Below are positions 39,489 to 48,117 of a stretch of DNA of 64,000 bases, one piece after another. Within the stretch, counting starts at the first letter, position 1; the number at the start of each line of letters is the position of its first letter. The position numbers and the translations under genes were made by a program. This stretch comes from Candidatus Hodarchaeota archaeon (GTDB taxonomy: Archaea; Asgardarchaeota; Heimdallarchaeia; Hodarchaeales; Hodarchaeaceae), in the NCBI GenBank assembly GCA_016839815.1, contig JAEOTM010000133.1, positions 1-64,000 of the forward strand, given 5' to 3'. The notes below the pieces were generated by a model. The model worked only from the letters and a program-made list of their open reading frames with translations, had not been told where the DNA came from and made no database searches.

Positions 39489-40763
39489 ATGACGAAATCA
39501 AAAGTATTTTATGTCAATACAGATGAAATAACTATGGGAGACTCTCTTATTGATCGCTTTGAACACTTGTGGGGAGAGGTAGGATTATCTGATTGGATTA
39601 AAAATGGAGAAATTGTTGCCATAAAAACCCATTTCGGTGCACGCAACCAAACTCGACATCTAAGGCCAATGTACATCAGAAAAGCTGTAGATCTGGTCAG
39701 AAAAGCAGGTGGAACTCCTTGGGTATGCGAAGGTGTCGGAATTGGTTGGGAATGGAACAATCCAGAAATGGCTATGAGTATAGGTCCAGGTTTTGTATAC
39801 CTAGCAAATCGTCATGGAATTAGTACGGGGACTATGAATGCTCCTGTAGTCATGGATGACGGGATTGCGGGAACAGAAGTAATCCATGTACATAATGAGA
39901 AAGGAAAACATATCCAAAAAGTTGCGCTAGCACTCGGACTTCGTGTTGTGGATAAAGTAATTATTTTATCTCGTTTTAAAGGTCACGATGGGGCGGGTTT
40001 TGGAGGTGCATTGAAACAGCTAGGTATCGGGTGTGTAGGCAAAGAAGGAAAAGGAGGCGCTCATTTTGGTGGAGGAAAGAATATCTATGCAAAAAATCCT
40101 GAGAATTGCACAGGATGTGGGGATTGTCTTCGTGTATGTCCTTACAACTGCTTATCACTGGATGAAAACAATAAAATTGTCCATGAAGACGAAAAATGCA
40201 TTGCATGTTTAGCCTGTTTTGATAAATGCCATCACGGAAAAGATTTGGAGAAAGAACGAGTTTTCGCCTTACGGCGTCGGGTTCCTAGCGTTGAACAAGT
40301 CGAGCGAATGATGGATAATGCCGGTGGAACTGTGAAAGGTATTGGTAAAGAGCATCTAAGGTATTTCAATATCGCTATAGATATCACGAGTCATTGTGAC
40401 TGTATGTCAGCTGGAGGACATCTCCTAGTCCCAGATCAAGGAATCTTATTCTCTGATGATCCAATTGCAATTGATCAAGCAAGTGTAGATCTTGTCACAC
40501 AAGCAAAAGGAGTTCCTATGTCACCAGCTGAAACTGGTATGAATTCTCCCAGTGGTCGTATCGAACCTGATGAAAAAGTATTGAATGCTGATGAACAAAA
40601 ATTGGGCTTATATAGTCGATTTGTAGATCCAGAATCACGGCCTATCATTGCAGAAACACAGCTAGCTGCTGCTCATTCTCAAGGAATTGGCTCACGTGAA
40701 TATGAACTTGTCTTAGTTTCTTCTCCCCAACAAAAAAAGAGTAAAGAGAAGAAAAAAGTATAA
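39489..40763 (+). CDS. DUF362-domain Fe-S protein with a ferredoxin insert
   Basis: AIKTHFG, FKGH..AGFGGALKQLG.GC, CTGCGDCLRVCP, CIACLACFDKC, CDC, DPIAIDQAS. Start set at ATG 39489. Confidence 0.85.
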   Translation: MTKSKVFYVNTDEITMGDSLIDRFEHLWGEVGLSDWIKNGEIVAIKTHFGARNQTRHLRPMYIRKAVDLVRKAGGTPWVCEGVGIGWEWNNPEMAMSIGPGFVYLANRHGISTGTMNAPVVMDDGIAGTEVIHVHNEKGKHIQKVALALGLRVVDKVIILSRFKGHDGAGFGGALKQLGIGCVGKEGKGGAHFGGGKNIYAKNPENCTGCGDCLRVCPYNCLSLDENNKIVHEDEKCIACLACFDKCHHGKDLEKERVFALRRRVPSVEQVERMMDNAGGTVKGIGKEHLRYFNIAIDITSHCDCMSAGGHLLVPDQGILFSDDPIAIDQASVDLVTQAKGVPMSPAETGMNSPSGRIEPDEKVLNADEQKLGLYSRFVDPESRPIIAETQLAAAHSQGIGSREYELVLVSSPQQKKSKEKKKV

Positions 40764-40779
40764 GTAGGTTAATCAGGTC

Positions 40780-41250
40780 TTATTCAGAGCGAGAAAGATA
40801 TTCTTTTTTCTTCTTCCCTTCGTGAATCAATGTAAGCACTTCCTCCTCAATTTTCCCCTTTTCAACAACTTCACGGAAGAATGTAATCCAATCTTCATCG
40901 AGTTCTTGTTGAGTCTGAGAATCCCCATCTCCAATCTCACATAGGCGTTCCCACTCCTCATTTTCAAGATTAAAGAGTTTCAATAGGTGAGGAAGCACTC
41001 CCTTAATCCAGATTTCTAGAGCGACCTCAGTATGTTCAATAGAGAGCATAGTCAGTTTGAAGTAGTGACAGAATTGAAAATAAAGCATTTTTTCAGTTTC
41101 AAGTAATTCTGGTTGTTTTAGAGGAGATAAGCTATGGGGAGTTGTTGTTAAACGCGGTTTTTGCTTGATTCGGTTTCGTGAATCAATTTTTTTGTCTAGT
41201 AGCGCAATCTCATCTAATAATGCATCTAATTTCTGTTTATCTATGGGCAT
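40780..41250 (-). CDS. Hypothetical protein
   Basis: 156-aa ATG-started helical ORF, last in a minus-strand run; no family recognised. Confidence 0.6.
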   Translation of the reverse strand: MPIDKQKLDALLDEIALLDKKIDSRNRIKQKPRLTTTPHSLSPLKQPELLETEKMLYFQFCHYFKLTMLSIEHTEVALEIWIKGVLPHLLKLFNLENEEWERLCEIGDGDSQTQQELDEDWITFFREVVEKGKIEEEVLTLIHEGKKKKEYLSRSE

Positions 41251-41301
41251 CGATTATATTTTGAGATTAGATTTGATAAGGTTATTCCTTACGGATGGTT
41301 C

Positions 41302-42129
41302 TTAAGGAAGCAAAAAGAGAATTAGCAGGTAATAGTACTGTTGAAGAAGTGAAATGATTAGTATTCCACTCATTTCTCGTATTTGAGATTTGTTAAAGAC
41401 ATGTAAATAATACGATATGCTGATTATTTGATAGATTATCGTAAATATAACAATTATCTCTGGTGGAATGGAATCGTAAAACTTTGATGCAGGTAATAAG
41501 CTAATTAGAAGTAAGAGTCCAATGAAAGTCGTTCCTGGGAAGAGTAAATGAGACGCTAGGTTGATTTGGGGAATTACGCGGTTAGAAATCGTTAAAAAAT
41601 ACGAGTACACGCCCATCAATCCTATGAAAGTATGGACTAAACTAATAAGACCAGGTGTAGAAGGTTCATCGGTCAAAAGAATGAAAAAACCAAGGAAACT
41701 TAGCTGATGTTGAGCTGCAAGCCAAATTCCTCCAACAATATAGATCAGGATCATTATTGGAAGGAAAAATTTCGGAAAAGAATTAATCATAGAGGAAAGT
41801 GGAGAATACAGATTCAATAAACGAAAATAACGATCTTCTTCTAGTGGAGAAAAACTTCCTTTCATGAATTCTGCTGCTTGTGCCCCTAGAGGGGTTATTT
41901 CATATAATTTATCTTCTAATTGCTTTATTAATTCCGATTGCTCTAAAATACGCATATGATGATAAAAACTTCCAGCTTTGATGTTCAAAACCTTTGAAAG
42001 CTCCGAATATCCACCCCATCCATGTTTATATAACTCTAAAAGTAGTTTCCTTCTAATTGTATGATTAAGAGCTTTTATAACGGACTCATTGATAGTCGAT
42101 TCTTCTTCAGAGAGGTTGTTGGTATTCAC
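41302..42129 (-). CDS. ArsR-type wHTH regulator fused to a multi-TM domain
   Basis: KALNHTIRRKLL...YSELSKVL.IKAGSFYHHMRIL...YEITPLG followed by about five hydrophobic helices. Confidence 0.85.
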   Translation of the reverse strand: MNTNNLSEEESTINESVIKALNHTIRRKLLLELYKHGWGGYSELSKVLNIKAGSFYHHMRILEQSELIKQLEDKLYEITPLGAQAAEFMKGSFSPLEEDRYFRLLNLYSPLSSMINSFPKFFLPIMILIYIVGGIWLAAQHQLSFLGFFILLTDEPSTPGLISLVHTFIGLMGVYSYFLTISNRVIPQINLASHLLFPGTTFIGLLLLISLLPASKFYDSIPPEIIVIFTIIYQIISISYYLHVFNKSQIREMSGILIISLLQQYYYLLILFLLP

Positions 42130-42192
42130 TTTGAATCACGTTAAAGATACTCAATCTTTCAGAATGAAGCAAATGTTGGCGTATGTTTACTC

Positions 42193-43284
42193 TTACATCT
42201 GATTCTTTCTGGAAAGTAACCATGCTGTTGGAACCACAATCGTCGTCAGGATTACTACTGGAAGAAGATAAGATTCCTTGGGAAGCGTGAAAATGGACAG
42301 AATTTCAGGTATTACATCATCTGGAATGAAAGGAATTACTGATTTAGTAATATTTTCAATTCCTATCTTTGGATCGTGAATTATTATTTCACCATGTTCA
42401 TAAATAAGATAGATCTTTTCATCATCCTCATCATCACTCTCTACATCACTGCTATACACTGTACGGTTGATCTGATCAATATATGCATATTCTTTCCACG
42501 AGAAAAAAGCTGTAAGATTACCTACAGTCATATCTACCTCGCGTTCTTCAGTAGTACGATTGTGTTCCTCATCTTCTGTTTCGTGGTCGAGTTCAAACTC
42601 ATTTTCTGCCTCTAATTTCGTGTAAAGAGCAAGTTTCGAATTTGATTCACTAAATGGGAAATTTTTTATTGCAATATCCAGTTTTAATTCGCTTGGTACA
42701 ATAGATTCTCCATATACATCGGAAATTTCTTCTACTATGTAGAATTGAAGAGAGAAAACACCATCTTGAGATGTGGTGTTAAAGGTGTGAATTATCTCAT
42801 CAAGGTGATTTTTCCAAGAAGTATTAGTGATTGGTGAGAAATCTTCATCAAAGTCATACTCAAGGAGTTCTTGGTCGATATCCTCATCATAGATATTATT
42901 ACTGTTAGTATCTATAAATTCTATCAAAGATTGAAACCTTATTTCTATGGAAATTTCACTTTCATCAGAATCAGAGTTGGACCTATACTCTACACGGAAT
43001 TCAGGTTCATCTGATGCCTTGAAGGATATTTCAATTTTATCTTCCAGTGTCTCATTTTTACGTTTTGATTGAATCTCGACTTGATATTCATCAACCTCGA
43101 TCTGCAGCTCTCGTTTATTGAACTCCTCGTAGTCGTCGTCATCCTCATCTTCATCAAGTGTCCAGGCTGAAATATCTGAAGAAGTCATACTAGCTGTAAA
43201 CAAGAGTATGAACAGGGAAGAGACCATTAAGACAGAAAGAAGTGTTGGTCTAGCAACTTTACAAGGTTTGAGATTTGTCAACAT
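42193..43284 (-). CDS. Acidic secreted/surface protein with C-terminal TM anchor (paralog 2)
   Basis: Signal peptide, D/E runs, FIDTNSNNIYD, KLDIAIKNFPF...LAL, IIHDPKIG, C-terminal TM + RK. Confidence 0.8.
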   Translation of the reverse strand: MLTNLKPCKVARPTLLSVLMVSSLFILLFTASMTSSDISAWTLDEDEDDDDYEEFNKRELQIEVDEYQVEIQSKRKNETLEDKIEISFKASDEPEFRVEYRSNSDSDESEISIEIRFQSLIEFIDTNSNNIYDEDIDQELLEYDFDEDFSPITNTSWKNHLDEIIHTFNTTSQDGVFSLQFYIVEEISDVYGESIVPSELKLDIAIKNFPFSESNSKLALYTKLEAENEFELDHETEDEEHNRTTEEREVDMTVGNLTAFFSWKEYAYIDQINRTVYSSDVESDDEDDEKIYLIYEHGEIIIHDPKIGIENITKSVIPFIPDDVIPEILSIFTLPKESYLLPVVILTTIVVPTAWLLSRKNQM

Positions 43285-43392
43285 ATTCTTTCTCTCTCAA
43301 TATTACTAGTTCTAAAAGCCATTATCATCCTGATACTCTAAGACGCTTAGGAAACATAGTTATCTCACGGTAAAAAAAAGAGTAAAAAAAGA

Positions 43393-44526
43393 TTACCGTC
43401 GACGACGGTAACCAATTAATGCAGTGGTAATTAAGAATGCGAAAACTACAATAAGGGATTCAAATCCAGGAACATCAATTGAAGCAATGTCCATTGAGAG
43501 TATTCCAGCAACTCCAACCTTCGGATCATGGATAATTTCGCTTCCATGAGGATAATTTAGGTAAATTTTCTGTTCATTAGAATCAAGATCGTCATTTTCA
43601 ACAGGACTTGATAAAACATTAAGCGATTGGCCATCTACGACCACCACTTCACTCCATGAGAAGAATCCAACAAAACCACTCATCTCAACTTCTACTTCTT
43701 CTTCATCAGAAGCCAGACCTTCAGTTTCATCCTCTGTATCGGCATCATATTCATATTCAGCTTCACTCTCAAGTTTAGTATAGAGAGCAAGAAGAGAACT
43801 TTCATTCATGTAGGGGAAGTCGTGGATCCCAATATCGATCTTTACCTCTGTTGGTGCAACCAACGAGCCATTAACTGGAGTAAACTCTCCTGCAACATAG
43901 AATTGGAGTGTAAATAGTCCATCATCAGTTGAAGACTTGAATAGATGAACGGTTGTATTAGATACTGATGAAGTTGAATATTCGATTAGCAGGAAGTTCA
44001 TATCTTCAAAATTAAGTGTTTGAAGTTTTTCGTCGATCGACTTATTATAAACTCCATTTGAATCGACATCAATATATTCTGTGATACTCTTGAATTTGAT
44101 AGTAAATTCTAATTCGGTTTCAGTATCACCCGCTTCAGATTCATACTCTAATTTAAATTTTGGATTATCATCAACCGTGAACTTCACTTTGATTTCATCC
44201 TTATTCTCCCCAGATTTTAATCGAGTTTTTATCTGAACTGAATAATCTTCAACTTCGATCTCAACATCGCGTTCGTTTTTCTCTTCAATCTCATCTTCAA
44301 CCTCATCATCATCAGAGTCTTCATCTTTCTCTTCATCCTCTTCATCTTCATGTTCAGTTTCAGAGGTTTCAGCTTCACTGAGATCATCAGTATCATCATC
44401 TTCGGCAGCTATCATCCCTGAAAATCCTGTAGTGGGAAGAATGGCTGCGAATGCAATCCCTACTAAAAGGGATATTGCTAATAAGGCAAAAATATGCCTT
44501 TTCAAATAACTTAGATTTGTTATCAT
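43393..44526 (-). CDS. Acidic secreted/surface protein with PGF-CTERM-like tail (paralog 1)
   Basis: Signal peptide, long D/E tract, YIDVDSNGVYN, KIDIGIHDFPY...LAL, IIHDPKVG, VPGFE-TM-RRRR. Confidence 0.82.
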   Translation of the reverse strand: MITNLSYLKRHIFALLAISLLVGIAFAAILPTTGFSGMIAAEDDDTDDLSEAETSETEHEDEEDEEKDEDSDDDEVEDEIEEKNERDVEIEVEDYSVQIKTRLKSGENKDEIKVKFTVDDNPKFKLEYESEAGDTETELEFTIKFKSITEYIDVDSNGVYNKSIDEKLQTLNFEDMNFLLIEYSTSSVSNTTVHLFKSSTDDGLFTLQFYVAGEFTPVNGSLVAPTEVKIDIGIHDFPYMNESSLLALYTKLESEAEYEYDADTEDETEGLASDEEEVEVEMSGFVGFFSWSEVVVVDGQSLNVLSSPVENDDLDSNEQKIYLNYPHGSEIIHDPKVGVAGILSMDIASIDVPGFESLIVVFAFLITTALIGYRRRR

Positions 44527-44801
44527 ATTGTATCACCATTTGAGTTGATATCTAAGTTGTCGTAGAATGAAGGGTGGTATATAGATTGGTTTAAAATTCT
44601 CTGTAAAAACCGAGGAAATCCGCTTTTCAAACACATGCAAATTAAAAATACGTTATTCGTAGTGGGAGAGGATATATCAAAAGCATTGCGATGTTTTCCG
44701 CAAACAAATCACTACCAATTGATGTTTTTTCTCGTTGATATCGACTACAACTGATCAACGACATGAAAATGGGAAGTATTAGCGAGTAATGAACTAAAAT
44801 C

Positions 44802-45329
44802 CTATTTCCGGTTTTTGAGTCTAGTTTTAGTGTACTCTACTAGTCCTCCAGCTTTAAAGATTTGGAGGGCCTGATCATCAAGTTTAGGAAATGAAAATGT
44901 CTTTTCCATAACTTTGATTATCCCATTATCAAAATCTACATCTATTTTTTGCATTTCTGAGAGTAGTTTGTCTTTATTATTTATCACAAACTCTGAACAT
45001 TCGGGTGAAATCACAAGAGGGAGGGCTTGATTAATAGCATTACGAAAATAAATACGAGCAAATGATTTAGCAATGATACAACTAATTCCTGAAGCCTGTA
45101 GACAGGAAACAGCCTGTTCACGTGAACTACCTGCCCCAAAGTTATTTCCAGCAATAATTATATCCCCATTCTCTACAGTTTTAACAAATTCAGGGTCATA
45201 ATCCTCCATGGCATATTGAGCCATTTCCTCAGGGGTGAGGGGTTCATACGTATAGCGTCCAGGAAAGATTACATCTGTGTTGATATCGTCTTCAGAAAAA
45301 ATCCATAATTTTTTACTTGTAAAACGCAT
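44802..45329 (-). CDS. Homoaconitase/3-isopropylmalate dehydratase small subunit (LeuD/HacB family)
   Basis: DINTDVIFPGRYTYE, NFGAGSSREQA, SFARIYFRNAINQAL, AGGLV. Confidence 0.9.
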   Translation of the reverse strand: MRFTSKKLWIFSEDDINTDVIFPGRYTYEPLTPEEMAQYAMEDYDPEFVKTVENGDIIIAGNNFGAGSSREQAVSCLQASGISCIIAKSFARIYFRNAINQALPLVISPECSEFVINNKDKLLSEMQKIDVDFDNGIIKVMEKTFSFPKLDDQALQIFKAGGLVEYTKTRLKNRK

Positions 45330-45332
45330 TAA

Positions 45333-46598
45333 TTATACCTCCTCGTCTGTTATATAGCCTGCTAATGCAGATTTTGCTACAATAGCTGGACTACCCAAGT
45401 AGATACCAGTATCCTCTTTGCTACCCATACGACCTTTAAAATTCCTGTTTGCAGAGGATATTGCTTTTTCTCCAGCCGCGATACACCCCCCATATGCTCC
45501 TAAACAGGGACCACAGGCGGGAACTCCAATTTGACCTCCTGCCGCAATAAGTACCTCAATTATACCTTGACGAGTGGCTTGAAGCAGAACATCCTGAGAT
45601 GCAGGATAGACTAATAATCGTACGCCAGGATTAATTGTTTTATCCTTTAATATTTTAGCTGCAATCTCTAGATCATCCAACCGTCCATTTGTACAAGTAC
45701 CAATTAATGCCACATCTATGGGAGTTTTTTCTAAATCTTCGATCGGCACAACATTATCAACTTTATGAGGTTTCGCAATACGAGGTGTTAGATTTGAAAC
45801 ATCCAGCTCAATTGTGTTGACATATCTTGCATCTTCATCTGCTATTAAACGGTTGTATTTGAACCCAAACTGTTTATTCCACTCATCAGTGACTGTATCC
45901 ACTGGAAATATTCCTGCTTTAGCTCCCATCTCTGCAGTAAGATTACTAAGAGTCATTCTTTCGCTCATAGAAAGCTCTTTCACCGTCGAACCATAAAACT
46001 CTACAGAATTATAGGTAGCTCCTGCTGCTGTAATTTGTCTAATAAGTTCTAAGATAATATCTTTGGCATATACACTTTTAGGTAAAGAACCATTTAGAAT
46101 TATCTTAATTGACTCTGGTACCTTTAACCAGGTTTCTCCAATAGCCCATACTGAAGCAGTTTCGGTCCTTCCAATTGGAATTCCTGCAGCTCCAAATGCC
46201 CCATGAGTTGTCGTATGGCTATCACTTCCAAGGATCACAACATTAGGAGGAACATGCCCTTTTTCAGGTAAAACTTCGTGACAAATGCCTGTACCACCTT
46301 CATAGAAGTATTTTATTTTTTGATCCTTTACAAATTGCCTGATAACCTTGTGATTGTCAGCTTTCACTGCGTCAGGAGGAGGAACAGCATGATCTAAAGC
46401 AATAAAGATTCTCTCTGGATCCCATACTTTACCATTGGATCCAACAATCTTGTAAAATGTTTTAGAAATTGCTGCCGAATTATCGTGCGACAAAATTCTA
46501 TGAGGGGATACAAAAACTATCTGGTTTTCAGCTACTCCAGTAGCTTCGTTACCTGAAGCCTTAGAAAATATTTTTTGGATAAGAGTTTGTCCTACCAT
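45333..46598 (-). CDS. Homoaconitase/3-isopropylmalate dehydratase large subunit (LeuC/HacA family)
   Basis: SHDNS, LDH, GICHEV, GSDSHTTTHGAFG, IGTCTNGR, CGPCLG, NRNFKGRMG. Confidence 0.92.
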   Translation of the reverse strand: MVGQTLIQKIFSKASGNEATGVAENQIVFVSPHRILSHDNSAAISKTFYKIVGSNGKVWDPERIFIALDHAVPPPDAVKADNHKVIRQFVKDQKIKYFYEGGTGICHEVLPEKGHVPPNVVILGSDSHTTTHGAFGAAGIPIGRTETASVWAIGETWLKVPESIKIILNGSLPKSVYAKDIILELIRQITAAGATYNSVEFYGSTVKELSMSERMTLSNLTAEMGAKAGIFPVDTVTDEWNKQFGFKYNRLIADEDARYVNTIELDVSNLTPRIAKPHKVDNVVPIEDLEKTPIDVALIGTCTNGRLDDLEIAAKILKDKTINPGVRLLVYPASQDVLLQATRQGIIEVLIAAGGQIGVPACGPCLGAYGGCIAAGEKAISSANRNFKGRMGSKEDTGIYLGSPAIVAKSALAGYITDEEV

Positions 46599-46635
46599 AT
46601 TCTTACCTCAAAAAAAATAAGAATATCGTAGAGGT

Positions 46636-47110
46636 TTAAGTATTTAGGTTGAACCTTGAAACAGTTTCAGAGAGATTATCTGCTAATTCGGTTAAGCTTT
46701 CGGCTGAGGAAGCCATCTGATTCATTGCCGCTGTTTGCTCTTCTGTAGCAGCAGCTACTTGTTCACTAGAGGCACTAAATTCTTCAGATTGTGCTGAAAA
46801 TCCCTGTATAGTTTCATGTAAGGTAGAAATGTTCCCAGCTATATTTGTAACCATCCGATCTGTGAGATTCGAGATATCAGAAGCATTCGTTTTGGTTTCT
46901 TCAGCTAATCTTCTTACATTATCTGCAACAACTGCAAATCCGCGTCCGAATTCTCCAGCTCGTGCCGCCTCAATTGCTGCATTGAGAGCTAGGATATTAG
47001 TTTGACTAGCAATGTCCTCTATTACCTGTAAAGTTGTTTCTACATCTGCTAATGAGTGATCAACCACTTCTGAGATTCTTTTAATTTCCTCTATTGTTTT
47101 TACTGACTGA
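46636..47110 (-). pseudogene. N-terminally truncated methyl-accepting chemotaxis protein (signalling hairpin only)
   Basis: [31 protein letters not shown]. Similarity to the full MCPs extends upstream of the GTG ([18 protein letters not shown] vs [18 protein letters not shown]), then stops at an (ACTG)3 tract. An in-frame TAA lies shortly upstream. Confidence 0.7.
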
Positions 47111-47226
47111 CTGACTTTCAGGGAGTTTAGTAATTCCCAATTTTTGAAATATTACCTTTAATAACGTAATTTCTGCAATATCCACAAAATATGCCTCTTT
47201 GGACCAATTAAATATTTGAGACTACT

Positions 47227-47928
47227 TCAACTAAATCTAGGAATTGTAAATTCAACGGTTGTGCCTTTATTGATTCCAGCACTGTTTATCGACATTGTTC
47301 CGCCGTGATTTCTTATTATTATATTGGAAATGAATAAACCAATACCCGTACCCCCAATTGAGTATTTCGTGGGTATTGAAACAAAGGGATCTGAGACTTT
47401 CTTCAAGTCTTGAATGGAAATCCCAGCACCATTATCTGAAATTGAGATTTTGATGATATCAGTCAGAGTCAGATTGCATAATACGCTTATATGTCTACGA
47501 GTTATAGAAGTGTGGTCAATTGAATTTTGAATTATATTGTCAATCGCTTGAGCAATGCGTTCTGAATCTACCACAACTATCGAATTCTTTTTACCATTAT
47601 GAATTAATTTGTATTCAAAACGTTTTTCAAATCTTATTCTATATGGTTCGAATATAGTTTCTAGTAAATCAGAAATATTAACAGAATCCAGAACTAAATT
47701 TAGGTTACCTTGCGTTATATTATCAAGCTCATCGATACTGCCAACAAAACGTTCTAAGCGAAGAATATTCTTATCTAGAAGCTGAAAACACCTATCTCGT
47801 TCCTTAGAAGTCAGTTTTTCATTTTTTGAATTTAAAATTTCACAATATCCTTTAACTATATGTAGAACCTGTCTTAGTTCTCGTGAAGTCAATGATAAGA
47901 ATTCTGATTTAAATTGGTCTGTTTCCAA
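47227..47928 (-). CDS. Sensor-less HisKA-HATPase protein lacking the phospho-accepting His (pseudokinase candidate)
   Basis: H-box reads TSRELRQVL versus ASHELRTPL in the neighbouring kinase. N box NIIQNSIDH, DNGAGI and GTGIGL are intact. TTG start behind GGAGTGA. Confidence 0.8.
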   Translation of the reverse strand: METDQFKSEFLSLTSRELRQVLHIVKGYCEILNSKNEKLTSKERDRCFQLLDKNILRLERFVGSIDELDNITQGNLNLVLDSVNISDLLETIFEPYRIRFEKRFEYKLIHNGKKNSIVVVDSERIAQAIDNIIQNSIDHTSITRRHISVLCNLTLTDIIKISISDNGAGISIQDLKKVSDPFVSIPTKYSIGGTGIGLFISNIIIRNHGGTMSINSAGINKGTTVEFTIPRFS

Positions 47929-48080
47929 TTTTGTTCACTCCAAATCATTTTTAGGATATTTTGATTACGTTTTTCACCTTATTTCTTTAAATTGTGTCAT
48001 TAGATCAGCTTGAAAATAATTATTTTTTCAATCTAAATCCTAATTACCTATTAAACAATATGCTTAACTATATGATAAAA

Positions 48081-48112
48081 ATAAGGAAAACAATAAGGAA
48101 AAAAAGGGAAAC
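48081..48112 (-). promoter_or_regulatory. Triple TTTCC motif, site A (upstream of the pseudokinase; may double as terminator of the large kinase)
   Basis: GGAAA cores on + at 48085, 48097 and 48107; ATAAGGAAAA repeated exactly 12 bp apart; AT-rich TATA-like tract on the gene side. Confidence 0.5.
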
Positions 48113-48117
48113 TGAGA

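Noticed and set aside
44270-44405. TCA/TCT-rich DNA repeat
   Set aside because: It simply encodes the Asp/Glu tract of the surface protein.
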